Source: Podarcis filfolensis
Taxonomy: Eukaryota
Assembly (NCBI GenBank): GCA_964270895.1
Contig: OZ185435.1
DNA: 64,000 nt
Reading direction: 5' to 3' (one strand)
Shown piece by piece: positions 25,262-37,079 of this stretch. A program made the position numbers and the translations under genes. The notes under the pieces were generated by a model that worked only from the letters and a program-made list of their open reading frames with translations, was not told the DNA's origin and did not search any database. Positions within the stretch are counted from its first letter, which is position 1, and each line of letters starts with the position of its first letter.

Positions 25262-25647
25262 CAGACCCTCCAAGTGTCCCTATTTTCCAGGGACAGTCTC
25301 CCAGATTTACAGAAGCCATCCCAATTTTTGATTTGATCTCAGAAAGCCCAACTTTTCCTCAGGACATCCCTATTTTCATTGAAGAAATGTTGGCAGGTAT
25401 GGAGTTATGCAACCCCCGAGACAAGGAGATAAGTAACTACACAACCCTTAGAAGACATCTGAAGGCAGCCCTGTACAGGGAAGTTTTAAAATGCTTAATG
25501 TTTTGTTATGTTTTTATATATGTTGGAAGCTACCCAGAGTGGCTGGGGCAATTCAGTCAAATGGGTGGGGTATAAATAAAATTATTGTTATTGTTATTAT
25601 TGAATAGGACATTCCCATTTTCATTGAAGAAATGTTGGGAGGGTACG
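25262..25647 (+). mobile_element. TIR-bounded composite element containing an L2 3' tail (copy 2)
   Basis: Termini CAGACCCTCCAA / TTGGGAGGGTACG. The right-end block GGACAT..TTTTCATTGAAGAAATGTTGG occurs twice, flanking an L2-type tail that ends GGGTATAAATAAAATTATTGTTATT. Confidence 0.8.
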
Positions 25648-25789
25648 AAGTAAAGCTTCTTTTTTGGTCACCTTGCCTCTCTGTAAGGATGCAACATAGG
25701 AAGCTGCCTTGGGCTGAGCAGAATCATTGGTGCATATGGCTCTGTATTGTCTACACTTTCATTGTCTACACTGAAGGAGCGTCTCCACC

Positions 25790-26112
25790 CCCATCATTCA
25801 GCCCGGACACTGAGGTCCAGCTCTGAGGGCCTTCTGGCAGTTCCCTCACTGTGAGAAGGAGGTTACAGGGAACCAGGCAGAGGGCCTTCTCAGTAGTGGC
25901 ACCTGCCCTGTGGAACACCCTCCCATCAGATGTCAAGGAAATAAGCAGCTATCCTATTTTTCAAAGACATCTGAAGGCAGCCCTGTTTAGGGAAGTTTTT
26001 AATATTTAATGCTATATTGTTTTTAACACTCGATTGGGAGCCGCCCAGAGTGGCTGGGGAAACTCAGCCAGATGGGCAGGGTATAAATAATACATTATTA
26101 TTATATTATTCT
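25790..26112 (+). mobile_element. L2 LINE 3' end
   Basis: AGGGCCTTCTCAGTAGTGGCACCTGCCCTGTGGAACACCCTCCC (RAFSVVAPALWNTLP-like) followed by GCCGCCCAGAGTGGCTGGGG..GGTATAAATAATA(TTA)n. Confidence 0.75.
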
Positions 26113-26535
26113 TATTTAAGGCTTCAGGCAGAGCCTTTCCCATGCCTACCTGGGCATGCCAGGGGTATAAACCCTGGGTGCCTTAGAATGCAAGGTGGGT
26201 GCTCTTTCATAGAACTACCCCCCTTCTCAGTTGTGATTTGCAGTCCCAGGCCCAGTGAGCCCACCAGCAGTGGGGGCTCAAGCATGAGAGATGTGAGAAA
26301 CACAGGACAAACATCTTGGGGTTAACAAACCCACAACTTGGTTGATTACAGATGTGAATAGGCTTTGGCGTAGGCATTGGGTGTGTATCCTGAATCATCT
26401 AACCCATCTGTTGGCTGATTGCTTGGCAGGGTCAATCCTGGGTTAAGGTTCAGTTTATGACATCTATCAAATCAGGGTGACTTTTCCAAGATCAACACCT
26501 GGGTGGGAGGAGGCAGAATTAAGGTCTGGGCATTT

Positions 26536-26884
26536 GGAAAGGGTGGCGCTCTGGGTTAAACCACAGAGCCTAGGACTTGCTGATCAGAAGGTTGGCGGTT
26601 TGAATCCCCACGACGGGGTGAGCTCCTGTTGCTCGGTCCCAGCTCCTGCCAACCTAGCAGTATGAAAGTATGTCAAAGTGCAAGTAGATAAATAGGTACT
26701 GCTCCAACGGGAAGGTAAACGGTGTTTCCGTGCGCTGCTCTGGTTCGCCAGAAGTGGCTTAGTCATGCTGGCCACATGACCTGGAAGCTGTATGCCGGTT
26801 CCCTTGGCCAATAAAGCGAGATGAGCGGCGCAACCCCAGAGTCGGTCACGACTGGACCTAATGGTCAGGGGTCCTTTACCTTAC
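26536..26884 (+). mobile_element. Sauria SINE (different subfamily from 22879)
   Basis: GGGTGGCGCTCTGGGTTAAACCACAGAGCCTAGG..GGTTTGAATCCCC..GAGTCGGTCACGACTGGACCTAATGGTCAGGGGTCCTTTACCTTAC. Confidence 0.9.
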
Positions 26885-27635
26885 ATCCATAGATTATTAT
26901 TTTTCTGGAATCAAATAGCAGCGCAATGAGCACTAAACATGAGCTATATTCAATTAGTTTTTCAGAAGTTGTTTTTAAAGTACGTCATGTGAAAGCTCAA
27001 ACATAATGTGGAAATTTACAGTCAGGGAAACATCAGGGAAAAGGGATAAACTGCCATGGGAACGCAGTTCTAGTCTCCAGGGTGGAGAGTAAAATACAAA
27101 CATTGGCTTATCTGTTGGATTTTTTTAAAAAGGGGATTGTATGTTGCCTTCGGTGCCACGTGATTGGAAACATGTTTAAGAAGGAATAGCAACAGTAATA
27201 GATTGGATCCAGATTTAGTCATGCTTAAGAGTAGATCCATGGAAATCAGTGCTCATGTTTCATCTGGATCCAGTCCAATAAATTATACATGCCCGATCTT
27301 GGTGCATTTGGCTATTTGCATGCACAAATATTCCTGCCCCATAGCTGCAGAGAAAATTCTCATGCATCTGCAGAATTATCTGTATTATTATTTTTTAAAA
27401 AAATAAAAAATCAGCAAGATGCTTCACACAATGAAAGGGGCTGCCAATGTCGCCTGGACTCTTGGAAATGTATTTATGTTCCCAGAGGGAAATTGCCCAC
27501 ACTCTCCCTTTCACTTTTATATTTGATAATTATTTATTTTGTTCCTTAATTGGCTAATTATGCCTGCATTGTGGCATCTTGGAAGCAAACCGTTCAATAT
27601 AATTGCTAATGAGTAGGTTTTGTATTTTGTTGCAG

Positions 27636-27642
27636 AGAATTC
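27636..27642 (+). other. Candidate 7-nt microexon (AGAATTC)
   Basis: TGCTAAT branch-like site (27604-27610), TTTTGTATTTTGTTGCAG acceptor, GTAAGT donor at 27643, in unique non-repeat flanks. Confidence 0.45.
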
Positions 27643-27926
27643 GTAAGTATTCTCTGCCTGGTGTTAAGAGGTTTGTAATGGGTTTAGTGTGCTAATTATT
27701 AGTTATTTTGGCATAGTGTGAAAATTCTAAGAATACGGGAAAGCTAGACTTTGGACTGGAAATTAACAATGTGCCAGAAATACTCCAAGCTCCTTAACTA
27801 ACTGTGCAAAGTTAGCACCTCAATCATTTTCTTTTCTTTTCTTTTCCCTTTTCTTCTTCTTTTTCTTTTTCTTTTCTTCTTTTTTTGGTTATAGAATACA
27901 AGGAATCATAGCTGCTTCTGGTATTA

Positions 27927-28076
27927 TAGAATCATAGAATGAATCATAGAACTGTAGAGTTGTAAGGGACCCAGAGAATCGTCTAGTCTAACCGCCTGCA
28001 ATGCAGGAAAATGCAGCTGGATTAAACCCACAAACTTGCCATTATCAGAACAATGCTCTAACCAACTGAGCCACCT
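27927..28076 (-). mobile_element. tRNA-head SINE with CR1-type tail
   Basis: ATAGAATCATAGAA..GTAGAGTTG..CTAGTCTAACCGCCTGCAATGCAGGA..GCTCTAACCAACTGAGC; homolog of 10026-10168. Confidence 0.75.
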
Positions 28077-28134
28077 TCAGGCCATCATAGTGGTGTCTGC
28101 ATAGTGACATATGTGCATTGACAGTAGCCCCCAA

Positions 28135-28135
<1 letters not shown>

Positions 28136-28166
<31 letters not shown>
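28136..28166. repeat. (CA)n microsatellite
   Basis: Directly visible. Confidence 0.95.
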
Positions 28167-28167
<1 letters not shown>

Positions 28168-29042
28168 AGGCATTGGAAGACAAGTATGCTTGATTAAATT
28201 CAGCAGACTAGGTGGGATTGTGACCCTTTTGCATTTGTTCATGGAGGCAATTTCAAGCCACTCTTCTAGAAAAGGTCTTGATCAATCACAATCTGTTTAT
28301 CTGTTCCCAAGCAGTAAAAGTGTAAACAGAATTTCATAGGTGGTTTGTTAACAACAATGGTAAACCCTAACGTTCCAGAGCACAGCGTCAATCCAAACAA
28401 AAGAGGGTTTTGTTTGCGTGGTTGCTGCCGATACGATATATGTGCTTATATGCAATAATGTATGTAGTTACTCAGGAGTAAATTGCAGCTGAGAACAACT
28501 GAACTTTTTCTCTCATGTACCCGTGTGCAAGATCAGAGCTTTTAGGTTCTTCTAAATCTAGTGGAGCTTTAGGCATCAGCAGAGGCCAGAAGCACTTTAC
28601 ACTGCCATATGTATGATGAGAAGACTCTGGCTTTTTCCTTTGAGATTTTGTTGTGGCAACTTACATACCATCTCCTTTGAAGCCTTGAGGCTGGACTAGT
28701 GTTAATAAGCCATGCTTCAGGCTGCCCTTGATAACTTGCTGGAAGTTGCAAATGATTTGAGGAGTGGGGGGAATTGGCTGCCCATCTCTTAATAGGAATG
28801 ATTTCTGGAGCACATTTCTCTTTGACTTCAGGGTCTGCACTTCAAATGATTCCAGTAGCCTTCTGGCCACAATTTCCAGACATTGGCTTTGACCTATGAA
28901 ATTCCAAGTGGTTTGCAGCTCACATACCTAACCGCTTTCTCCTGTCTTTGTTTTCCAATACATTCTCCAAAAAAAATCAAAAAATCTGAGCTCTTAGTAT
29001 TTCAGTATGTACGTGCATATCCACAGATGGGAATCAACAAAG

Positions 29043-29298
29043 GAAACCAGTGTGGTATAGTGGTTAAGAGCAGTGGACTCGAATCTGGTGAACCAGGTTT
29101 GCTTCCCCGCTCCTCCACATGCAGCTGCTGAGTGACCTTGGGCTAGTCACACTTCTTTGAAATCTCTCAGCCTCACTTACCTCACAGAATGTTTGTTGTG
29201 GGGGAGGAAGGGAAAAGAGAATGTTAGCCGCTTTGAGACTCCTTCGGGTAGTGATAAAGCAGGATATCAAATCCAAACTCCTCTTCTTCTTCTTCTTC
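29043..29298 (+). mobile_element. tRNA-derived CORE/MIR-like SINE with (TCT)n tail
   Basis: CAGTGTGGTATAGTGGTTAAGAGC A-box region; CORE-like GTGACCTTGGGCTAGTCAC..TCTCTCAGCCTC; tail CTCCTCTTCTTCTTCTT. Confidence 0.75.
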
Positions 29299-30362
29299 CC
29301 CCCTTCCCCCATGCTGAAAAAGAAATGCAGGGAAGCAGTGCTTAAACTCTAAAAAGGATCTGTCTTCATAGTGCAACATCATTCACTTGGCCCATGAACC
29401 AGGCAGCAATGGCAGGAGCAGGAGTACTTCTGCACCATAATTTCCACCTTCTCTATCATTAGCCATGTTGGCTGGGACTGATGGAAGTCCAACAACAGCC
29501 AGAGGGCCACAGTTTCCCCCTCCCTGATTTAGAGAGATGGCATTCATCCTCCTCCAGCTGCCTGGACTCTCTTTTTCATCAGAAGAGACCCCTCAGGGAT
29601 TCTATCCTATTGCACAACTACTGGTTTCTATAAAGAGCCACACCATTCCTGCTTGCTTTCTCCCTCATCCCCAAACCTCATAACAATTCACTGTAGTCAT
29701 TCAGGCAAACAATGCTCTTAACACCTGGAGAATCTTCTGCTGTTCTTGAATGGTCTCCTATCACCTGCCCTCACGCCAGTCCACCTGCATTCTACTCCTG
29801 TATTCTACTCCTGCGCCTCCACAAATCCATGCTACTATTTTTTGGGGGACTTACTGTAAATGATACTAAAACCCACAAAAGTTTTCAAGGGGGGTGGAAT
29901 CAATCAAATCTGTTTGGGAGGGAATAGGATTGGAGGAGGAATTCCCCACAGAAAGTTAGTTCCAAAAATCTGTCCCTTATGTCATTTTTTACGCCTGGTT
30001 ACTGAAGCATCTGCTACTAATTTCAGCATAACTATATTTGAATCACTGGTCTCATCTAAAATGGGAATTTTCTACTTTTCCAGTGAGGAACCAGAGATTT
30101 AGCAGATAAAGTTCAAGTTTCTCATATCTACAGACTTTCTTAGGACAGTTATCTATGCATTAGCTTAATTCAACACAGCAGAGCTCCAATCAGCACTTTT
30201 GCAGATAAAGAAAAGAACAAATATTACATGGTAAAACTCAGCCACAGATGTTACTCCCTGGACCACAAAACAGAAAACAACCTTAAGAACATAATGGTGA
30301 AAGTGAAGTGGAATTCTGAACTGAAACATTAACATATAAGCATCAGTGAAATTGGTCACTTG

Positions 30363-30546
30363 GGGTAGATCTAGACACAGGGGGAAAACACGCTATAAAT
30401 AAGTCAGAAATTAGATTGTTATAACAAAAGAAAGAAATCCCTATGGAAAACCGTGTTTTAAAATTTCCTGCTCCATGGTGCCTTCTAGTGTTGCATGTTT
30501 ATAGCGCATTCAAATCACTGTTTCTTTACTAATGGAGCTGAGTCCC
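30363..30546. mobile_element. PIF/Harbinger-like MITE, copy 2
   Basis: GGGTAGATCTAGACAC...AATGGAGCTGAGTCCC; colinear with 58280-58468. Confidence 0.65.
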
Positions 30547-32965
30547 TGGTTCTAAATGGAATCCTAGACATCTTAGTAGCACAAACACATCAGAAATTAA
30601 GAATTATCTACTTTCTTTGATAGATCTGAGGCACAAGAAGGATAATTTAGAACAACATCACTCTACTCAAAATGAAGAGGTGTACAATGTAGATGTTAGC
30701 TTAATGAACATGGGTGATCATAAAAAAATAAAAGAGAGAAAATATATATTCCTAGGGGCTATGTCCCTGTCTGTGTCACTCATCAACCCCCCTGCCATTC
30801 CCCAACGTCAACTCCCTAGAGCTTCCCCTTGATGCAACTACTAAGCTCACTTTTCACCTTCCTAACCCCATTTCTGGTACGTTCTGCATGCAAAGCAGAT
30901 GTTCTGCTACTGAGCTAAGCACCTTCGCCACAGCATCTCTCAAAGCTATACTCCATGCAGAACCAGCAAAACATATGTATTCCACCTTTCTGCTACCTTT
31001 CCACAGTAGCAGAAAGCTTTATCAGTTCTTATCCAAACTCAGAAACAAGCTGATCTTTTTTAATCTAATGCCCATTAGTATTATAATGGAATTGTGAACT
31101 TTGAATTACCTGTGTTACTTCAGGAACTCTCTTAATACTTGACTTCATCCACTGATTTTTCACCTTTTACAGCTACAATACCTGTGCCCTGCAAAGAAAT
31201 AAAATATGGCAAGGGCTTAAACAGTAGAGTGTTTTAAATATTTAAAAGTAATTTGAATAGGCATTATTCATATTAATAGCTCTAGTTTTGAGGACAAGTC
31301 AGAACGGGAAGTTTTCACATGACAAATGTTACCATTAAAATTCAGTAATGAATGCATTTTTAATAAGGCAGTGATCTTGTTAGCTTTAGAGGTGATTTGT
31401 TGTTTTTCTTTTTTCTTTTAGAACACCTAAAATCTGAGTAAGCCTCATCAGATAATTAACCAGCATTAATTACTTCCTACGAGAAAGACTTCTCGTTTTA
31501 TAATTAGGGGATGTGCTGTCGTTATTTTCATTATTTTTCCCCCTTTGCAGCAGGTGTCTTTTATGTAAAGGGTGCTCCAGAAATTGTTAACGTGTGGCGG
31601 TATGCTAATAAGAAAAAAATTAGACAGCTCTTTCTACAAAGATACTGGGGCTCTTAAGTCAATGGTTCCTGACTATACAGAGAATTACTTACTTTCCTAC
31701 CACATGCAAGCTCCCCCTCTTGAAGTCTTAACTAGGTTATTTGGGGAGGGGCATGGCACGTTAGCCTTGAGATTTTAATTTATCATATTTATATCCCACC
31801 ATTCCCCTAATGATCTCAAGGTGGCATGTATTCCCTTTTCATTGTATCCTCACAACAACCCTGTGAGGCAGGTTAGACTAAGATAGGAATGCCTCTGAAT
31901 GGGAATGTCTTTTGCTTTTCACAAATAAGCCTGGTCACCTATACAGACACCTGAGATTTGGGTCAGGTGTGGCAAGTCAGAGGATGTGGCTTAAAGGTTG
32001 CTTGGAACCCTGGCATCTCACTTCAGAAATTAACCACCACCTCCTCCCCTCCTTGAGCTTTGCAAGATAAGTCTCAAAGACAGCCCAATTATTAAATGAC
32101 CTTCTTGGAAACCATTAGGAACCCTGCTTATCTACAAAATTCCTTGCAAAATGAAAATTGCTTGAACTTTACTCTACTAATATGCAAGATATACTGCACA
32201 AGGCCCAGCTCTCATAAATGGTAAACAATACACTGAAACAATATTTGCTGAATAGTCAATTTCTACCATTTATAAGGCTACCTTTGCGCTCCTTCTCTCC
32301 CTCTCGCTCTCAGTTTTGCTTCCAAAATTACCACTAGTTCATGTTTAATATCTAGATTCCATAATACTTCATTAAAAGAAGCCTGCTCAAATTTCAGTAA
32401 GACTAAGTGGAATATGTAGAACTTCAAAGTAACATTTATAACAAGCCAACACATTATCTATTAAAGGCATGTTATCAAACTGCTAAAACCTCTGTGCTGA
32501 AACTTGCCTAGCACAAGATTCTTCATTGCTTATAGGCTAGATTAAGATAGTATATGCAAAAAGATACCAAGGCCCTTGGCAGGAGTATAAATAAACTGCA
32601 TGAAATAATAAAAACACATAATTTTGCCCTCTCTGCAGCAAATGTTGTGGACAAATGTAATTCCAGATATAGTAACTTTTGCTAGTTATATAACAAGGCC
32701 ATGAAAGGTTGTTTCACCAGCTTGTTGAAGAGATGTAGCAGATGTGATAACCCCACCAAATGAAACAAAAGAGAGAAAATAGATGTTGCAGGAAATTAAT
32801 TTTGCCATGTAAAGAGTAATTTCAGCCAGCAGAAGTCACAAGAGAGGACAAAATATCTAGTATCACACCAAGCATGATGCAAGATGCTTGCCCTCTGTAT
32901 TATTCCCTCCTAGAGAGCTGTGTTGAAGAAATGCACCATGTAATAACATATTTGTAATAAGACTA

Positions 32966-33207
32966 CAGTGGTACCTCAGGTTACATACGCTTCAGGTTAC
33001 ATATGCTTCAGGTTACAGACTCCGCTAACCCAGAAATAGTGCTTTAGGTTAAGAACTTTGCTTCAGGATGAGAACAGAAATTGGGCTCCAGCGGCATGGA
33101 GTTAGCAGGAGGCCCCATTAGCTAAAGTGGTGCTTCAAGTTAAGAACAGTTTCAGGTTAAGAACGAACCTCCAGAATGAATTAAGTACTTAACCCGAGGT
33201 ACCACTG
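32966..33207. mobile_element. Tc1/mariner-type MITE (subfamily A)
   Basis: TA|CAGTGGTACCTC...GAGGTACCACTG|TA; internal GCTTCAGGTTA repeats; same family as 59476 and 62376. Confidence 0.9.
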
Positions 33208-33218
33208 TACTACTACTG

Positions 33219-33251
<33 letters not shown>

Positions 33252-33830
33252 TTATTATTATTGAAATTTGTATACTGCCTTTCATCCAAAGACTACAAGG
33301 TGGTCCACAACATAATACAATATGATAACACAAAATACATTTTTAAAAAAGAACAGAAACAACCCGATAACCCTCCTCCCACAAACACATTTAAAAGGAC
33401 ACAGAATCAGTCAAAGGCCTGGTTAAAAGAAAAACATTTTTGCCTGGCTCCTGAAGGTATGTAATGAAGCTGCCAGGCGAGCCTCTCTGGGGAGAGCATT
33501 CCCCAAACAGACAGCTACCACAGAAAAGGCCACTGACTTCTCATGGAGATGTCATACAGAGGAGGGCCTCAGATATGATCGCAGGGTCCAAGTCATTTCT
33601 TATGGGGAGAGGCTGTCCTTGAGGTATTGCAGTCCTGAGCTGTCTAAGGCTTTATAGGTCCAAAGCAGCACTTCGAATTGAGTCCGGAAACTAACTGGCT
33701 GCCAGGATCAGTGTAATATGCCCAACCCGCCTTGCCCCAGTGGTCGCCAAATTCTGCTTCAGTTGAACCAACTCTAGAGGCTGCCCTACATATAACACAT
33801 TGCAGTAATCTAACCTTGAAGGTAGCAGAC
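33208..33830 (-). mobile_element. L2 LINE 3' fragment with (GTA)n/(ATA)n tail
   Basis: CAGTAATCTAACCTTGAAGG is the reverse of a TSRLDYCN-like L2 motif; L2-type 3' UTR and trinucleotide tail at 33208-33262. Confidence 0.75.
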
Positions 33831-34774
33831 ACTGACAATAGAAGCTGAGAGGAAATATTGGGGGGAAATGAATAATTGAGAGAAATTGAAATCAACAGAT
33901 TCACCTATCCCTAGATAACACTATGCTTAGTCATTCATTACCAGCAAGAAATGAGAAAGGGACGCACAATGGCAGCAGTTTTGTGGCTCTCATAGCATCC
34001 AGAAACTGGGTTTACAACATGGGAGATTTTGAAGAGCTGAGATCATGTGAAGGAAGAATATATTTTTTAAAATAGGAAAAACTAGAATGATACCAGCAAT
34101 ATACGCAAACGCATTTATAGGGATGAGACATAACAAACATTTGGTAATAGTTTTGTTTAATATCATATATATATAATTTTCCAAACTAGAAGCTGTGGCT
34201 GCTGCAAAAGAAGAATGGTTTAGTGTCACATTATTTTTCCTATTTTCTATTCTCTTTTTATTTTAGACCTTATTTTGCTTACTAACATTTTTATTATGTG
34301 TGTTTCATGGAGATGCATTTCAGTTTTGCTCTCTTCCGCTGTGATCTGTTATAGCTCTCATGTCAGCTGAAACATTAAGAGTCAACATACAATGGTTCTT
34401 TTTTTATGTAGGAAGCAGGGTTTTCTTCCCTGTTGAAAACATGTTTAAGCATGTTCTAGATATTGTATCATCATCATCCAGATCATTTTTGAATACTATT
34501 GTGAATGAGGTTAGCTACTACGTGTGGGACTTTAGCGATGAAATGGGATGTGTGTTGCATCCTAGAAGAGGGGCCTTGGGTCCCCTAATAGAATACATCT
34601 CAGATTTGAACAAATTGGCTCATCCCGAGATTCTCTCTTGCTATGATGAAATTATGTTTAATATTACATAAAATGCTGTATATTTTAAATGCATTGTATC
34701 CAAGTTACTGTAAAGAATGTTTAAATACATTATTAGTATTTTAAATACATTCAATACATTATTGGTATTGGTTT

Positions 34775-34932
34775 GTCTCTGGAGGCTGTGGGCTCTCTTT
34801 CCTTGGAAGTTTTAAAGCAGAGGTTGGACAGCCACCTGTCTTGTATGCTTTAGCTTAGATTTCTGAATTGCAAGGGGTTGTACCAGGTCACCCTTGGGGT
34901 CCCTTTCAACTCAAAAATTCTATGATTCTATG
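34775..34932 (+). mobile_element. CR1 LINE 3' end
   Basis: CCTTGGAAGTTTTAAAGCAGAGGTTGGACAGCCACCTGTC..GGGGTCCCTTTCAACTC..ATTCTATGATTCTATG. Confidence 0.85.
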
Positions 34933-35137
34933 CTTCCATGGAGCTGGTATTTTATCCGGATAGCTATATTTTCTTCTGTAAAGGTTTTTGAAGTCATCAC
35001 GCTGGGATCAGTGTACAGGGACTTTGTAAGATGAAGACAAATGTAACAGATTTATTGTTTTCGTAACCGAATTTCTGCAAGTAAAGCTTTAGAACTTATT
35101 CTTCTTGCATTGAAGAATTTATTTCTACATAAGGACC

Positions 35138-35855
35138 TAGTTGGCACCCGTGTCTCAAGAGACAATGGAGTGCACTCCAGGGATGAAGTCAAACCACTGT
35201 GTTAGTGGCAACAAAGTGACCTCCCCAAGGTGGAAGCCTGGGAAGGCTATATGGAGGTCCTGGGCTGCCCAGATGACAAGACATCCCCGCCCCCCAATGT
35301 GGTCCAAAGGAAAGCAGAACAATACATCTGGCAACAACTTGGCTGCAGGAATTGTCAGAAGGAGGTGTACAAGGTGCCATACAACTGTCTTAGAGACTCC
35401 ACTCCAGATTTGTGTAGGGTTTACTCCAAGGCCTTTTCTTCTCCCGAAGACATTCCATGCGGCAGTGGAGGTTTAGGACCAGAGTTTTCCTTCTCCTAGA
35501 TGGGCTACCTTTCCAGGTTGATGAGCCCCATCTGCGCCTCGCTTCCTTCTTCAGCACAAGCAGAAACCACCTTCTTGACCGTGGGACCCACTTTTAGTCT
35601 TGTCTCCTGTCTTTGCATGCAGGGGAATGCCCTAACTCAAGAGGGTTTGTTACAGATTGACTACCCTCACCTGGTTTAGCCGGCCACTCAAAGCTGTTAC
35701 CAGTGTCTCTGCTGCTGAATGCTGAGAGCTTCTAAGAGCCACACATGAGAGCTGAGTGCAGGGTGGTGTCCAAAGGTGGACAAGTTACCCCAGAAGGAGC
35801 ATGGCATGGCCCACACAAGAGGTACTATGCCTCTCCTAACTCCCCACACACCCCG
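35138..35855 (-). mobile_element. ORF-less RTE-derived non-autonomous retroposon
   Basis: 11-bp TSD ACATAAGGACC/ACACAAGGACC (35127-35137, 35856-35866). Minus-strand 3' end CCATTGTCTCTTGAGACACGGGTGCCAACTA and internal CCATCTAGGAGAAGGAAAACTCTG resemble RTE 3' and 5' UTR motifs (from recall). Confidence 0.7.
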
Positions 35856-36971
35856 ACACAAGGACCAGATCAGAAAGAAATATTCCACTAGCAATATCTA
35901 TCAACCCAGTCCTTTAAACAGAGAAAAGGGCATCCCTAACAGCAGGGTGAAGGATCCTTCACCCCAAATAAAACATCCGTTGCTAGGCAACCTTCCAGGG
36001 GCCACATGCAAAAATGGACAGAGCAACAAACGCAATGTTTACCTTTGTGCAATAGGTTAGTTTCTAGATGTGTACCTCTCTTTCCTCCATCCAGGCAACC
36101 AAAAACATCCAAGTTCAAGGACACATTCCAGCAAGGCAAAACATCTCACGGAGGGTACAAAGCAGGATGGTTTGGGAGACAGAGGTGACTGTGGAAAATA
36201 TATGGTGTGGGAAGAGTCCTGTGGGTCAGATACAGAGGCTTGGAGGGACATATTTAGCCTCTGGGGCTTTTCTTTTGCCTGGGAACCCACGCAATATCTT
36301 CTTTTTAAAAAAAAATATTCTAACTATCCAGCATCTTCTTAAATGACAAACACTCCCTAGTCCACCACACGGATGTCTCCAGCAGACATAATTTTGAAAA
36401 AGAGACGAGAAAGCACAAGGCAGCATTGAAGAAGTGAACTGAAAAGGTAAGTCAAAGAAACAGGGTGGCCAGCTGCATGTTTCAGGTGTGCCAAGTTTTA
36501 TTTCTTGGCAGGGTAGAAATTAGGGAGTATTTAATACTGGCAGTATCACATGAAATACATACCCAGCCACACACACACACAGCCACTTGCTGTACTTGAG
36601 AGCATGTTGCACAAATGCTAAAAATATGCATGGAAAGAGAGGAACTGTACAGAGGAAACATATGCCGTGCTCGAGTGGAATGTCTGAGAAACGGAGAAGC
36701 AAAAGAATTAGGGATTCTGATGGATGGCTTGCACATAAGTGCATAGCAGCCTGCAGAGGCTCTGGTGGGACGACAGGGAATTTCTATCCCATTAGTGCCT
36801 GGACTTTATCGAGAACTGAGGCCCTGTTGCTTTCTGACCCAACTAATTTTGCCACCACTTTAAACTTTCAGCTAAACCAAATACTTGGTTTCTTTATCAT
36901 TTTCTGCTCCCCTACCACCATTTATTTTAAGACACTTTTATTTACCTCTTACCCGTTTTTCCCAAATACAG

Positions 36972-37079
36972 TGACTGGCTGTAGGCATGGGACAAAACAA
37001 ACTGGAGTTTCATGCTCAGCAATGATGTCAAGCTTTATTAAAGCCTTTTGTAAACAAAGCATAACAAGTTTACTTGCAG
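36972..37079 (+). other. Candidate 108-nt symmetric cassette exon
   Basis: Acceptor TTACCTCTTACCCGTTTTTCCCAAATACAG, donor CAG|GTAAGT; one open frame (phase 1-1: TGCRHGTKQTGVSCSAMMSSFIKAFCKQSITSLLA); TGCATG at 37154. Confidence 0.35.

Noticed and set aside
31556-31597. VKGAPE P-type ATPase nucleotide-binding motif
   Set aside because: A six-residue match without the usual downstream context and with no other ATPase exons in the window; probably chance.
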